Part shown: positions 38,697 to 51,303 of the stretch, one piece after another
Numbering within the stretch: position 1 is the first letter of the stretch
Layout of the letters: every line of letters begins with the position of its first letter
Assembly: GCF_006345805.1 (NCBI RefSeq)
Contig: NW_021833998.1
Location: 1-53,160 of the forward strand
Origin: Octopus sinensis
Lineage: Eukaryota
Direction of reading: 5' to 3'
Length of the DNA stretch: 53,160 nucleotides
Notes under the pieces: generated by a model
Told to the model about the DNA's origin: nothing
What the model saw: only the letters and a program-made list of their open reading frames with translations
Databases searched by the model: none
Translations under genes and position numbers: made by a program

Positions 38697-39001
38697 TCAC
38701 GTGATCACGTGACCGACCAGTCCATCAGATGTAGTTACACATCGCTGGTCACAATGCGTTCGCATTGTTTTAGCCTTCGAATGACGCCACGCCGCTGGCT
38801 AAGCGAGCAGGCCAACAGAAGAAAGAGTGAGAGAAAGAGTGGCGAAAGAGTACAGCAGGGATCACCACCCTCTGCCGGAGCATCGTGGAGATTTTAGGTG
38901 TTTCGCTCAATAAACACTCACAACGCCCGGCCTGGGAATCGAAACCGCGATCCTACGACCACGAATCCGCTGCCCTAACCACTGGGCCATTGCGCCTCCA
39001 C
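38697..39001 (-). mobile_element. SINE family C with alternative tail running into (ATGT)n
   Basis: Head and body match family C up to gagtgagagaaag; different 3' 120 bp then 38440-38696 (CATA)n. Confidence 0.88.
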
Positions 39002-39282
39002 ACATACAACATACATACAAATGATAAGGAATAGAAAATGTAAAGCACAGACTACAATCGTTTCATAGCAAAGCTGCAGTCAGTTGCACATTTAGTACCG
39101 AGCACCATGCAGCTTAGCTAGTCTTCATGTCTGGGATGATGTATGTAACTTAAGATGTTAATTAATAGACTTTAGCTTATTTTATTAACTTTTTGTCATC
39201 TGTACTGACCACCTCAATAATTCAAGCTAACAAACGTCCTATACTTGGATCTGTGAATAGTTCTTACCTATTCCTATACGCA

Positions 39283-39388
<106 letters not shown>

Positions 39389-40369
39389 TACACAAAACAC
39401 ACACAGATAGACAGAGAGATAGATATGTATATATATATATACATACGTATGTGCATGTATGCATACACTATAAACGATTGTGTGTGTGTATATATGTGTG
39501 TGTGTGTGAGTGTGTGTGTGTGTGTGTGCGTGTGTTGTTGTTGTTGTTAGTTGTGTTGGTGGTGGTGGTGCTGTTACCTGGAATAGCTAAAGCAATTTTA
39601 TGAGATCGGTTTTGTTTGTAAAATACCTTGTTTTTCATTTCGTCTGGAGTGTGTTTGTGTGTGACTGTGTATGTTTGTGTACGTGCGTGTGCTTATGTGG
39701 ATATATGTGGTCATATATGTGTCTGTTTTAATAGAGTGAACTTTTGCTTATTCATAGACATTCTTTGCTGAGCGAATATTTCTTTATGCGTGTGAGAAAT
39801 GCTTTTGTCCCAATACTTAGTGTTTATGACACTTAATGAACGACTTGTAAACCACTTTGTTACCAGAAGTAAATAAATACATTATTTTTACACGATCATG
39901 ACACTTTCCTCATATTTTCTCACCCAATTTGTACGAATGTTGGAGACGCCTTCTTTCTGAGGGGAAAATGTCCACCGACAGTCGTTTCTTCTTATCATGT
40001 TGTGGTTAGCTTTTTATAGATTGTTCTGTACGACTCTCCGGTGACGGTCATAATTGGCTAAGTTGACAAGTTGCTTAATGTTCGAGAGTTCGAGAGTTCC
40101 GATGTTTGTCTGTGTCCTGCCACCAGATCTCCGTTATGGCAACAACACTTTAATGTCTCTCAAAAAAAATATAAGCTCTTAATCTGGGCAACTCCTTAAA
40201 TAGGAATCTCGAAACAAATGCCATAAAAAGGTAAACTTTACTGCACCGCCCAGTCTGCAAAACTATAAATAAACTCCACTGTAAAGTACAAAGTGACTCA
40301 AAGTGATGAGGTATATTTTAAACGTAAGTAACTTGGAATGGAGCAAGGACGTTTATTTAGAAAATTGTA

Positions 40370-40586
40370 TAAGAGAGGGCGCTGAAGATTCTTTGCTTTG
40401 GGTAAAAGAAAATACAGGAGGATCAGTTAATTATGGTTTAATTCGACATGTTCCCTCTCAGACTCACACACTTATTGCAGCAGTCCTTCAGTTTTCCTAA
40501 GCCCTGTAGAAGAACTCTGAAAGTTGGGCTTCCAACCAGGCCTTTCTCGATATCCTTAAAGCCAGGAACTTTTCAGCACCCCCTCG
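40370..40586 (-). mobile_element. mariner-derived MITE
   Basis: TA-flanked TIRs cgagggggtgctgaaaagttcctggcttt and taagagagggcgctgaagattctttgcttt; internal RKLKDCCNKCVSLRG resembles a mariner C-terminus. Confidence 0.8.
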
Positions 40587-41594
40587 TACAGTATCGGGCT
40601 TCTTGTCTGGCTTCCTGAAATCTGGAATGTTGTGCAGTATCATGCAATATACTGCACCCTGTATTGAGTAAACAGATCCCGCTTTTGAATTTGGTTAATT
40701 TGCATATGGCATGTTTAAAAATAGCTTTGTCCTTTACTTCTTTAAGTGGATTGCTTTAGAATTAATTAATTTGTACAATTATCAGTTAAGTAAAAGCGTG
40801 TTCTTTACCTTTCTTTGTTTAATTTTCATCATATAAACATTATACTGTATACATGGTACAGAATGGTATATTTCAAGAATTTTAAGTGGATTAATATATA
40901 TTAAACAGACCCTGCTTTAGAGGTGTGTTACTCTGAATCTATTAAATACAATTTAGTCCTTTACTTTTCATAGTTTATTTTATATTTGAAGTATATATTT
41001 AGGCTGTCTCCAGAAAACTAGAAAATCCAGAAAACGAGGCCACTTACAGACAAAAGCTTGCTAGTTATTTGCTCCGTTACAGTGTTCGCTCATTATAAGA
41101 CACATTGTATATTTCACTGCTTATTCAGTATACTTTGATGTAAATAGAGGCCACAAGAAAATATATTTTACTGTTCCACTTAATCGACAAAACTGTGCAC
41201 GAATACTGTTAGTGTGAACTCCTAACAACCAGAAGCATGGTGACGAGAGAGCATAGAATAATTTAGAATATTTCGTATTCCAACAGTACTACATTCGATT
41301 CCTACAACAGAAGACAACATGTAACAATATAACAGGCTGACTCAATCTGCATTTGCGGCATGATGACAAAGTCTTGTGTGATGACCGAAACATACACTGG
41401 ACAACCGTATATGATAAAACTTAGGGAGATTGTTATGAATAGTAGTATCATTATTATTCATGATTTCTTTTCTTCAAAGGAAATACTTCTTTTCTTCAAA
41501 GAAGTATTACAATCAGCTAGACGCAAAATGCATAAAATATAACAGGATAACAAAAGATACGTGAGAAACCAGTAACATTATTTACAGATCCTAG

Positions 41595-41810
41595 GGCGGC
41601 GAGCTGGCAGAATCGTTAACACCCCGGGCAAAATGCTTAGCGGCATTTCGTCCGTCTTTCCGTTCTGAGTTCAAATTCTACCGAGATCGACTTTGCTTTT
41701 CATCCTTTCAGAGTCAATAAAATAAATACCAGTTGAGCACTGGGGTCGATGTAATCAACTTACTCCCTCCCCGAACTTGCTGGTCTTGTACCAAAATTTG
41801 AAACTAATAC
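41595..41810 (+). mobile_element. SINE family A, tail type 1b
   Basis: TSD ttacagatcc at 41582-41591 and 41811-41820. Confidence 0.9.
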
Positions 41811-41914
41811 TTACAGATCCCTGAATTGCTATATTCTGAAAAATGTCTATGTGTATACTTGGTGCTACTTGTAGTTGGAACTGACTTCTGCGGCTGATAT
41901 GATCCTCTGTGGTG

Positions 41915-42037
41915 GCTACTTTCTGGTCTTGTGAAATCCTCATCAGGGAAAGGTTACCCACATTCCCCTACTTCTGTTCACAGAGATATTACAGGCTTAA
42001 AACTATGTTCTGAGTACAGCGACCTGAACAGAGCTAA
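41915..42037 (-). repeat. short repeat ending in CTGATGA motif, second copy at 44956-45069 (+)
   Basis: tagctctgtt...tactca...gtaatatc..tgtgaac.gaag...ctgatgagg.ttt.ac.agaccagaa shared. Confidence 0.7.
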
Positions 42038-42062
42038 ACTATTTTGTGTAAGAACGTATGGA

Positions 42063-42095
<33 letters not shown>

Positions 42096-42184
42096 CGTAA
42101 GTATGTATGTATTTATGTATGTATATTTATATGTATGTTTACATGAATATTTGTGTGTGTGTGTGTGTGCGTGCGCGCGTTCAT

Positions 42185-42597
42185 GACTCCCTTGGTCTTT
42201 GTTTAGACATCCCTCTTGGAGAAAGAAATTTCGAAATAAAACCCCCATCTCATTGCGAAGACGGATATTTGTATTTGCTCTTGCTTGTTTCTGGACAACT
42301 TGGCTTTGTAGATGAGAATCTTAGCGGCCTTGTGCAAGCTGTTAGGAACTTCAAAACCCAGTGATAGTTACTCATGCGAGTGTGACAATTTGATTTAACC
42401 TAAATGTTAAGGAGAATAGATGTTATCAATGCTCGTTCTGAAATTCAATACGTGCACAACACCACTAAAATTCTCGCCTACAAAGCCAAGAAGTCCAGAA
42501 ACAAGCAAAAGCAATATCTCCGGTTTTGCAGTTAGGCAGGTATTATTTTGGAATTTCCTTCTCCTGGAGAGATGGTAAAACAAAGACTAGATAACTC
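42185..42597. repeat. imperfect inverted pair (about 150-bp arms, about 115-bp spacer)
   Basis: 42185-42336 is a diverged reverse complement of 42452-42597. Confidence 0.8.
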
Positions 42598-42814
42598 TTT
42601 CTCACTCACAAATGTTGGTTGGCCGTTGACTCTACTGAGTCCATCCCTCCTTTGACAGGTTTTTTTTTTTGTCGTGCGGGATGTCTAACGAAGTCAACCA
42701 CCATTATCAAGCAGCCCGACCATGGACAAGCTGTAGTGGATTGCGTATTACAGTAGTATACACACATACACACATACATACATACATACATACATACATA
42801 CATACATACATACA

Positions 42815-42843
<29 letters not shown>

Positions 42844-42845
<2 letters not shown>

Positions 42846-43013
42846 GCAATTATATTTATAAGAATACATACATAAAACAAAATATACAAATCTGCATATA
42901 TACATACATAAATACCCTATTGATGTTAAAATTCCAATGAAGGAGCCTAGATCTAGGTTAGAAACCGGTTCTTTCTCATTGGCAAGAAATCATGAAATAA
43001 AACTGAATAATGA
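42844..43013 (+). mobile_element. 5'-truncated 3' UTR of the R4/Dong-like LINE inside (CATA)n
   Basis: 42844-42898 aligns without gaps to the reverse complement of 12023-12077; (CATA)n on both sides. Confidence 0.7.
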
Positions 43014-43116
43014 CATACATGTATACATACATACATACATACATACATACATACATACATACATACATACATACATACATACATACATACATACTGTTGT
43101 AGGTAATTAGTAAGAA

Positions 43117-43674
43117 GGGTGATGTATAGAACATTGTATCTGCCGAAAAAAAAAGATCGAAATGGCACCGGAGGATGCCATTGAAAAATTCTTGGACACA
43201 ATAAGAAACAACACCAGAGGGGGGAGATACGGTACAGTGGAAGTAAGATTTACCTCCGAAGAGGTGGCATTTAAGTATTCCACTGAAGAATGGCTGCTCC
43301 TGCCAACCTGCCTAGGGAAACGAATCTCTAGGGTGAGGATTGGCAGGATTCAACCAGAAGTGAGAGAGATATGGAAAGCAGCAACTATACTCTCTGGAAC
43401 AAAGGAAGTGGCAAAAGTTGTGCAGGCAACTCGAACACAACAATTGAATTGGTGAGGTTACGGCCCGGAATTAATTATCTACGTTACCCAATCGGACCTA
43501 AACAAGGTCCCCGAAATTATCAAGTTACCGGACGATATAAAATTAACTGTGACAGTGGAAGGGAGACCTCCCACCTACTGTTGTTGCGGCCAGACGGGGC
43601 ACATCAAAAGGAAGTGCCCCCCCCAAATGAACTGGAAGAACAGAGGAACGCAGCTGAGATCCAAAGCGAGTTAG
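43117..43674 (+). pseudogene. non-LTR retrotransposon ORF1 (gag-like) relic with CCHC zinc knuckle
   Basis: Reading through TGA 43453 in the 43162 frame gives ...LTVTVEGRPPT(Y)CCCGQTGHIKRKCP, a Cx2Cx4Hx4C knuckle with the first Cys mutated. Confidence 0.75.
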
Positions 43675-44228
43675 AGAGCACCGCGAAGGTAAGGTAAAGG
43701 ATCCGAGAAGCGACGGATTTAAAACGAACATACCAAGAAGATTCTGAAGAGGTCTACATTCAAGTAACAAGGAAAAGGGAACAGAACAATACACCACCAA
43801 AAAGTACACAAGTTAAAAAAAAAAAGAAAAGTTGCACGCAAAACAGGACACACCAGACAAACGAAATACAGACAACCCTAGAGATCAACGCACCCACACG
43901 GCACACATCACTGCTATCATCCCCACAAAAAAAAACTGCCCAGAATCTCCCACCAAGCATTCACTAGCAGACACATAACACAGTAAAACCCCGCCAAAAC
44001 ACATAGAATGCCTAATGACATACACAAAAAGTATATCCATAGAAAAAAAATCACAAAATTAAAAAATATTATTAGAGTCTAACTTCCTTAAGACTATGCA
44101 GCAGACACAAGATGCATCTTAATTGACAAAGACGTGAAATATTAAGAGAAACATTCAAATCCGGTTTAGATCCACTGGGGTTAGAGGTGAGGTATGACTC
44201 ATCCCCCGTCGCCCGGTGGTACAATATA

Positions 44229-44460
44229 TTATTTCTTTATTGCCCACAAGGGGCTAAACATAGAGGGGACAAATAAGGACAGACAAAGGGATTAAATCGA
44301 TTACATCGACCCCAGTGCGAAACTAGTACTTTATTTATCGACCCTGAGAGGATGAAAGGCAAAGTCGACCTCGGCGGTATTTGAACTCAGAACATAACGA
44401 TAGACGAAATACCGCTAAGCATTTCGCCCGGCGCGCTAACGTTTCTGCCAGCTCGCCGCC
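44229..44460 (-). mobile_element. SINE family A monomer, tail type 2
   Basis: Full head to tail; TSD cccggtggt..aatata (15/17). Confidence 0.92.
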
Positions 44461-46038
44461 TTCCCCGGTGGTTGAATATAATGAATTTACACCATAAACT
44501 TGCTTTAAACGATTAAAATTTGATGAACTAACAGGTTATAAACAGTAAAACTTGGCTGCCTGAGAGTGGGGCTCAGGTAAGACGTTCATGCTTATTTTGT
44601 ATATTCATTTCGTTCATCGTTTTGTATTTTATGTCCCCACTTGTGTCGTCTGTCCTTGTGCCGTCCCCTCTACGTAAGGCTTTTTGGGTGAATAAAAAGA
44701 AATAGTTCGTTGTAGATGATCAGAGATAGTCGTGTCTTTACTGGTTTTACTACGTATACTGTATACCGAAGCGGGCGTTATAACAATCCAGTTACACACA
44801 CACACACACATACATACATACATACATACATACATACATACATACATACATACATACATACATACATACATACATACATACATACATACACACGGATGTA
44901 CGTACGGACGGGCAGACGTTCACAATTCATGCACCTTTATGCAAACTAGACAGACTAGCTCTGTTTGAGCTTGCATACTCAATACATAGGTATAAACCAG
45001 TAATATCGGTGTGAACGGAAGATAGGCATTCTTTCAACTGATGAGGGTTTTACGAGACCAGAACGTGGCTTGTTTGCTTCATTCTTCTACCTACGAAGGG
45101 ATAAAACATTATGATGTAATGTAACCATTTAAGTGTCTTTCCACAAGTATTGATACATGTCTGTCTGTCTATGTGCGAGTGTGTGTATGTGAGTTAGCGT
45201 GTGTATGTGTATGCATGACAGTGGGTATGTGTTGTCATTGTATTCGAGTATGTGATTTAGTATCCATACACTCGTGTCATTATTTGCATTTATGTTTTTA
45301 TGTGTGGGTCTACTTGTGTGTGTGTATTTGCGTGTGTGCGTCCATGTGTGTTTGTATGTGCCTGTGTGTGCGTGCATCTGTGTGTAATGTATAAATATGT
45401 GTGAATGCTTTAAGGTCGTCTGCTTCATTGAATGTTTGTTTGAGAAGCATGACGTCTGTTTTCTTTGAAATGTTCAATGGCGTAGTGGTTGGCGCTGTTC
45501 GTTTATTGAGGGGGCGCCATGAATGTAATTAGATAGGATTACACACATTAGTTAGCTGTTTGCGTAACTGGTCCTTAAACTTCGTTTAATTCTACCCTGT
45601 CTCTTTAATTCACGGAGTGGGCGCAGGGTTAGGGGAGCAAAAGATCATTTGAGAGGTTACATCAGTGACTTGTGCCATTCAAATATATAAATTCTGTATA
45701 GTTCTCTTTTGATATACGTCCACTCTTCGCGCGATTCTCTTGTGCATTCAAGTGGAAAGAAAACTCGGAATACAGTACGACGGTTTTGTAGGGACTTGGT
45801 GAGGGGAATTTCCCCTCTTTTAATCAATTTGTTGATAGTTTTGGACGCTGTTAGTATAGAAGGACGTATAATAGTTATAGAGAACAACACGCGGTTGGTT
45901 AGAAGCTGGTGATGAGAGAAATCGTAAGAAGGGAGCAGAGAGGAGGTCCAGTAGAGTGGAGTGGGGAAGATAGGATATGAAAAAGTCGATAATTAGGTAA
46001 GGGGGTGAGAGAGAAATAAACCTTGAGAAGATAGATAA

Positions 46039-46095
<57 letters not shown>

Positions 46096-46245
46096 TACAG
46101 CGGAAGAAAGACATGGAGAAATGTAGGTCTGATCATAACCGGAAGTTACATTGTCTTGTCATGGTGATAAGCTAACCTTTGTCCCCCGCGTATTCTCCAC
46201 AAAACTCGAGACATCACCTAAATAGAAGTAGTAGTAGTAGTAGTA

Positions 46246-46298
<53 letters not shown>

Positions 46299-46559
46299 TA
46301 TGTGTGTGTGTGCGTATGTGTGTGTGCTAGCATGTATGTATATGTTTATATACGTATACACAGAGAGAAAAATTTTAGCAAGGGTTTGAAATGAAGATAT
46401 CGTGACCCAATAAGATGATTTAATGCTGTTTTGCTTTGTGCAATGCTTCTATTAATTAATTAATTAATTAATTAATTAATACATGTTGATAACGATTGCC
46501 TTATGCAGATTAAAGCAACCAGGTCAGTTCCACCTGTGCTCAGTCACATCAGTAACCGA

Positions 46560-46598
46560 TCTCTGATGATGTGGTAAATAATGCCGAAACTAGTCAGG
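46560..46598 (+). ncRNA. type-I hammerhead candidate with complete core
   Basis: tct CTGATGA tgt ggta aataa tgcc GAAAC ta GTC agg; palindromic stem III ACTAGT. Confidence 0.55.
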
Positions 46599-47739
46599 CA
46601 TTCCTCCTGTTATTGGTCATAGAAAAAACATCTTTCTCTCGCAATTGAATTGGTATAGTTATATATTTTGACGTTTATGTTCTGAGTTCAAAACCCTCTG
46701 AGGTAAAATCTTACCTTTACTTCCTCCAGGAAGAAGTAAAGTACTAATCAAATATATTATTTTATCAATGGTATCGTCTAGCCCCCTCCCTCAAGTTCCT
46801 TTGCCTATGTAAAAACAATCATGACGTCATCACTATAATTCCGAGACTAGTGAGTAGTAGAATTAATTGTGGATCGGGCTGCTTGGCTTAAAGCATTTAG
46901 TTTAACCTCCTTTTATGGTCTTATTTCGAACCCTACCGAAGTCAGCTTTGATTTTAATCCTTCCAGAATAGATTAAACCAACCATACATATTTGGAAACA
47001 AACTTGCACTTTGTACCTTATACGAATGCAAGAAATTTGAAACAAAATCCGATCTTTCCCTGCCCTTAAAGAACTTCCCAAATCAACAAAAAGAGGCAAC
47101 GTTTATTACACATTGCAAACAATTTAACATTCTTGTCAATATTTGAATTCATCTGACCTCCGTTCTGTTGTTTTGGTTTCTAATAAACAGCGAAAACACG
47201 ATAAAACTATTGGCAATTTGCGTCAGCGAAAACGGTCGATGGTGCTAAAGAAAATAACTGGCTCCTAGTCTGAAGCCCACAACAACAATGACTGTCTTCG
47301 TTTGTTTTGTTTTTTGTTGGGTTTTTTTTGTTATTGTTGATTTCATTTCTAATTCGGGATTGTCAGTGGTAGCGTGGTTGCTTATGTGGAATTTAGGGCG
47401 ATCGTTAATAGCAGAGGGAAGAGTATTTTGAGGGTTTTTATATTTAATTTTTTTTTCTATTGTAATTGGGTGACAAATTGACGATGGCGATGGCGTCTTA
47501 ATTGAATGCCACCACGTTGGAATACACGGCCTTAGAGTAAACGTCAAACGTTGGGGAGGAGGACTGTGTTTTCACTCTCCTTCTTGACGTTGAGTAAAAT
47601 GGAATTGAGTATATACTGCCATACACATACATACACATGCATGCATACATACATGCGTACATACATGTACACACACACACTCACATGCGGATGTATATAC
47701 CTATCTATACATACATACATGTGTGTGTATATATATATG

Positions 47740-47842
47740 TGTGGCATGTTGGGCAAGTGTCTTCTGCTATAGCCCCGGGCCGATCAATGCCTTGTGAGTG
47801 GATTTGGTAGACGGAAACTGAAAGAAGCTTGTCGTATATATG

Positions 47843-47916
<74 letters not shown>

Positions 47917-48117
47917 TGTCTGTGTTTGTCCCCCTAGCATTGCTTGACAACCGATGCTGGTGTGTTTGCGTCCCCGTCACTTAGCGGTTCGGCAAAAGAG
48001 ACCGATAGAATAAGTACTGGGCTTACAAAGAATAAGTCCCGGGGTCTAGTTGCTCGACTGAAGGCGGTGCTCCAGCATGGCCACAGTCAAAATGACTGAA
48101 ACAAGTAAAAGAGTAAA

Positions 48118-48120
<3 letters not shown>
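47740..48120 (+). mobile_element. SINE family B, 5'-truncated
   Basis: Matches 50205-50567. Confidence 0.88.
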
Positions 48121-48154
<34 letters not shown>

Positions 48155-48157
<3 letters not shown>

Positions 48158-48424
48158 GACGGGCTTCTTTCTGTGTATATATATATATATGTATATTATA
48201 TATGTGTGTGTGTGTGTTTTCGTGTCTGTGTTTGTCACCTACCATCGCCAGATTTCCAATCTTGGTGTGTTTATGTCCCTGTAACGTAGCAGTTCGGCAA
48301 AAGTGACTAATAGAATAAGTACTAGGCTCACAAAGAATAAGTCCTGGGGTCGGTTTCATCGACTAAAACCCTTTTAGGCGGTGCTCCAGCATGGCTGTAG
48401 TCAAATGACTGAAACCTGTAAAAG
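48155..48424 (+). mobile_element. SINE family B 3' half, older subfamily
   Basis: Body and tail similarity; near-identical copy at 51115-51303. Confidence 0.82.
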
Positions 48425-48458
48425 AACAAAAGCATGTGTGTCTGTGTGTATGTGTGTG

Positions 48459-48525
<67 letters not shown>

Positions 48526-48533
48526 GAGAGAGA

Positions 48534-48566
<33 letters not shown>

Positions 48567-49453
48567 TAGACAGACAGATTTAATACTAAGATTTGGAGGT
48601 CAATTAAAAAAAAACATTGACCTTTTCCGAACAAAAGGGTTCTTGTGCCAAGATAAAAGCAATTATTATAATTATCCAGGTGTCTAATCCTTATCACACG
48701 TTAATACATTAATGCAGGATTTCGTAAAAAAACGTCATTATTAGCATGGACTATCAGCTTAGCTGGCTTCCCATCGCTAATCCAGTTAGGTGACATCACA
48801 TGACCAACAGAAAGGTCACAACGCAGAGATTTTTTTTTTTTTATAATATTTGACACGGGAACCAATGTCAGCTCGATGGTAATCTTCAATGTTCTGTTAG
48901 ATCATCACTGTTTTAGTGAAGTATATTCATACACTGTATGACTGTGGTATTGTGGTTATTCTCTAAACTGCTTGTCGATGGCCACAGGAAATCTTGCTCA
49001 CGAAGAGTGAAGTAAAATGTCTTAGCTGACAATCAAAACTGCTACAAGATGGATCCTGCTTCTCGGGAGTTAACTCCTCTCGCTGGAGTTTATACATCAC
49101 CTTTCTTGAAATATATTCAGTCAAAACGAAAATATTAATTCCTAATTAGCCTTAATTACGTGTGTGTATATGTATGTATGCATATGTGTGTCCACCTGTA
49201 TGTATATACATGCATACATACACACACACATATATATATATATACTCATAAATACATATATGTGTAATATACATCTATATATATGTACGCATGCATACAT
49301 ATACTCATTGATATACATTCATGTAGATGTATATACATGCACACATACACACACACATACATACATATATACTCATAAATACATATATATGTATTATACA
49401 TCTATAAATACGTACGCATGCATACATATACTCATAGATATACATTCACGTAG

Positions 49454-49518
<65 letters not shown>

Positions 49519-50135
49519 AATTAAATATAAATTATAAATTACAAAGTGGGACAAGAACGCAAAAACACACAAAGAGACGACAAAAGAAAACAGACGGGAC
49601 ACTCGAAGCCTCTAATCTTCAGTCGAGAACCGGATCATCTTAGCAATTTCGGATATATATATGTATATATACGTATGTATGTACACACACATATGTACGT
49701 GTATGTGTATGTATTGATGTATATATGTATATGTGTGTGTCTATAAATATATGTATGTATATATACATGTGCGCACGAGTGTGTTCACACTATCGGACTG
49801 TACTGTCTACTGTTTTCTAGTAAATGCAGTCTCTTCAGTCGTGACCTGTTGTGTCTTATCTTAATACACGGTATATCCATGTCCACACAATCGAAAGCGT
49901 ACCTCCTCTTTTCATTCAGAATAGTAGAATGTGATGTGAGAAAAAGAATTTGGCAGATAATTTTAGTTTGTCAAAAACTACATAAACGCTCCCTCTTAGT
50001 CTCCCAGAAAGAAGGTGAGAAGAAAAACATATCCGGTCAATGACAGAACGATGAAACATGAAGTAGTGTAACCTAGTTACCATGGTTTTATTGTAATGAT
50101 GAAGCACCATGATTTCCGGGTTGATTGTATGCATA

Positions 50136-50567
50136 GGCGCAGGAGTGGCTGTGTGGTAAGTAGCTTGTTTACCAGCCACATGGTTCCGGGTTCAGTCCCA
50201 CTGCGTGGCACCTTGGGCAAGTGTCTTCTACTATAGCCTCGGGCCGACCAAAGCCTTGTGAGTGGATTTGGTAGACGGAACTGAAAGAAGCCCGTCGTAT
50301 ATATATATATATATATATAATAATATATATATATATTATAATATATGCGTGTGTGTGTTTGTGTGTCTGTGTTTGTCCCCCTAGCATTGCTTGACAACCG
50401 ATGCTGTGTGTTTATGTCCCTGTTACTTAGCGGTTCGGCCAAAAGAGACCGATAGAATAAGTACTGGGCTTACAAAAGAATAAGTCCGCGGGTCGAGTTG
50501 CTCGACTAAAGGCGGTGCTCCAGCATGGCCGCAGTCAATGACTGAAACAAGTAAAAGAGTAAAAGAG
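50136..50567 (+). mobile_element. SINE family B, full length
   Basis: A box tggctgtgtgg, B box ggttcagtccc, CORE-like ccttgggcaagtg, (GTAAAAGA)2 tail. Confidence 0.93.
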
Positions 50568-50864
50568 TATACATGCTAATATGTACCTAAGCTTGTCTTC
50601 ATGTATTGACTTACAGGGTCGGGATATGAAAGAATGATAACACTGTGTAACAGGATTTTTGTCCTTTAGCAGGAACTGCTATCCCCTATTTGCTTACCCC
50701 TAGAAAGTATGAAAAATGGCTAATATTTCCTTCAAACTTTGCTTTTCTTACATTTCTTACAAAGGATCCCTCTCAGCACGTGGCTATGATACCCTCTCCA
50801 CCACTAATCCTGCTCATTATCACAGATGCACATATTGTCAGCCACTAAGGGACTTGCTCAAGTA

Positions 50865-51043
50865 GTTGGGGAGGAAGACTGTGTTTTCACTCTCCTTCTT
50901 GACGTTGAGTAAAATGGAATTGAGTATATACTGCCATACACATACATACACATGCATACATGCATGCGTACATACATGTACACACACACACATACACACT
51001 CACACGCGGATGTATATATCTATTTATACATACATGTGTGTAA

Positions 51044-51134
<91 letters not shown>

Positions 51135-51303
51135 GTGTCTGTGTTTGTCCCCCCACCCACCATCGCTGGATTTCCAATGTTGGTGTGTTTATGTCCCTGT
51201 AACGTAGCGGTTCGGCAAAAGTGACTAATAGAATAAGTACTAGGCTCACAAAGAATAAGTCCTGGGGTCGGTTTCATCGACTAAAACCCTTTCAAGCGGT
51301 GCT
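50865..51303 (+). other. local duplicate of 47550-48385 lacking the younger SINE B
   Basis: Near-identical ttggggagga.gactgtgttttcactctccttcttgacg... start and ...catcgactaaaacccttt end. Confidence 0.88.

Noticed and set aside
42930-42972. Hammerhead in ccaatga...gaaaccggtt
   Set aside because: Core CCAAUGA has two deviations and stem I cannot form; better read as a LINE 3' UTR stem-loop
46451-46480. Self-complementary (TAAT)n tract
   Set aside because: Ordinary microsatellite
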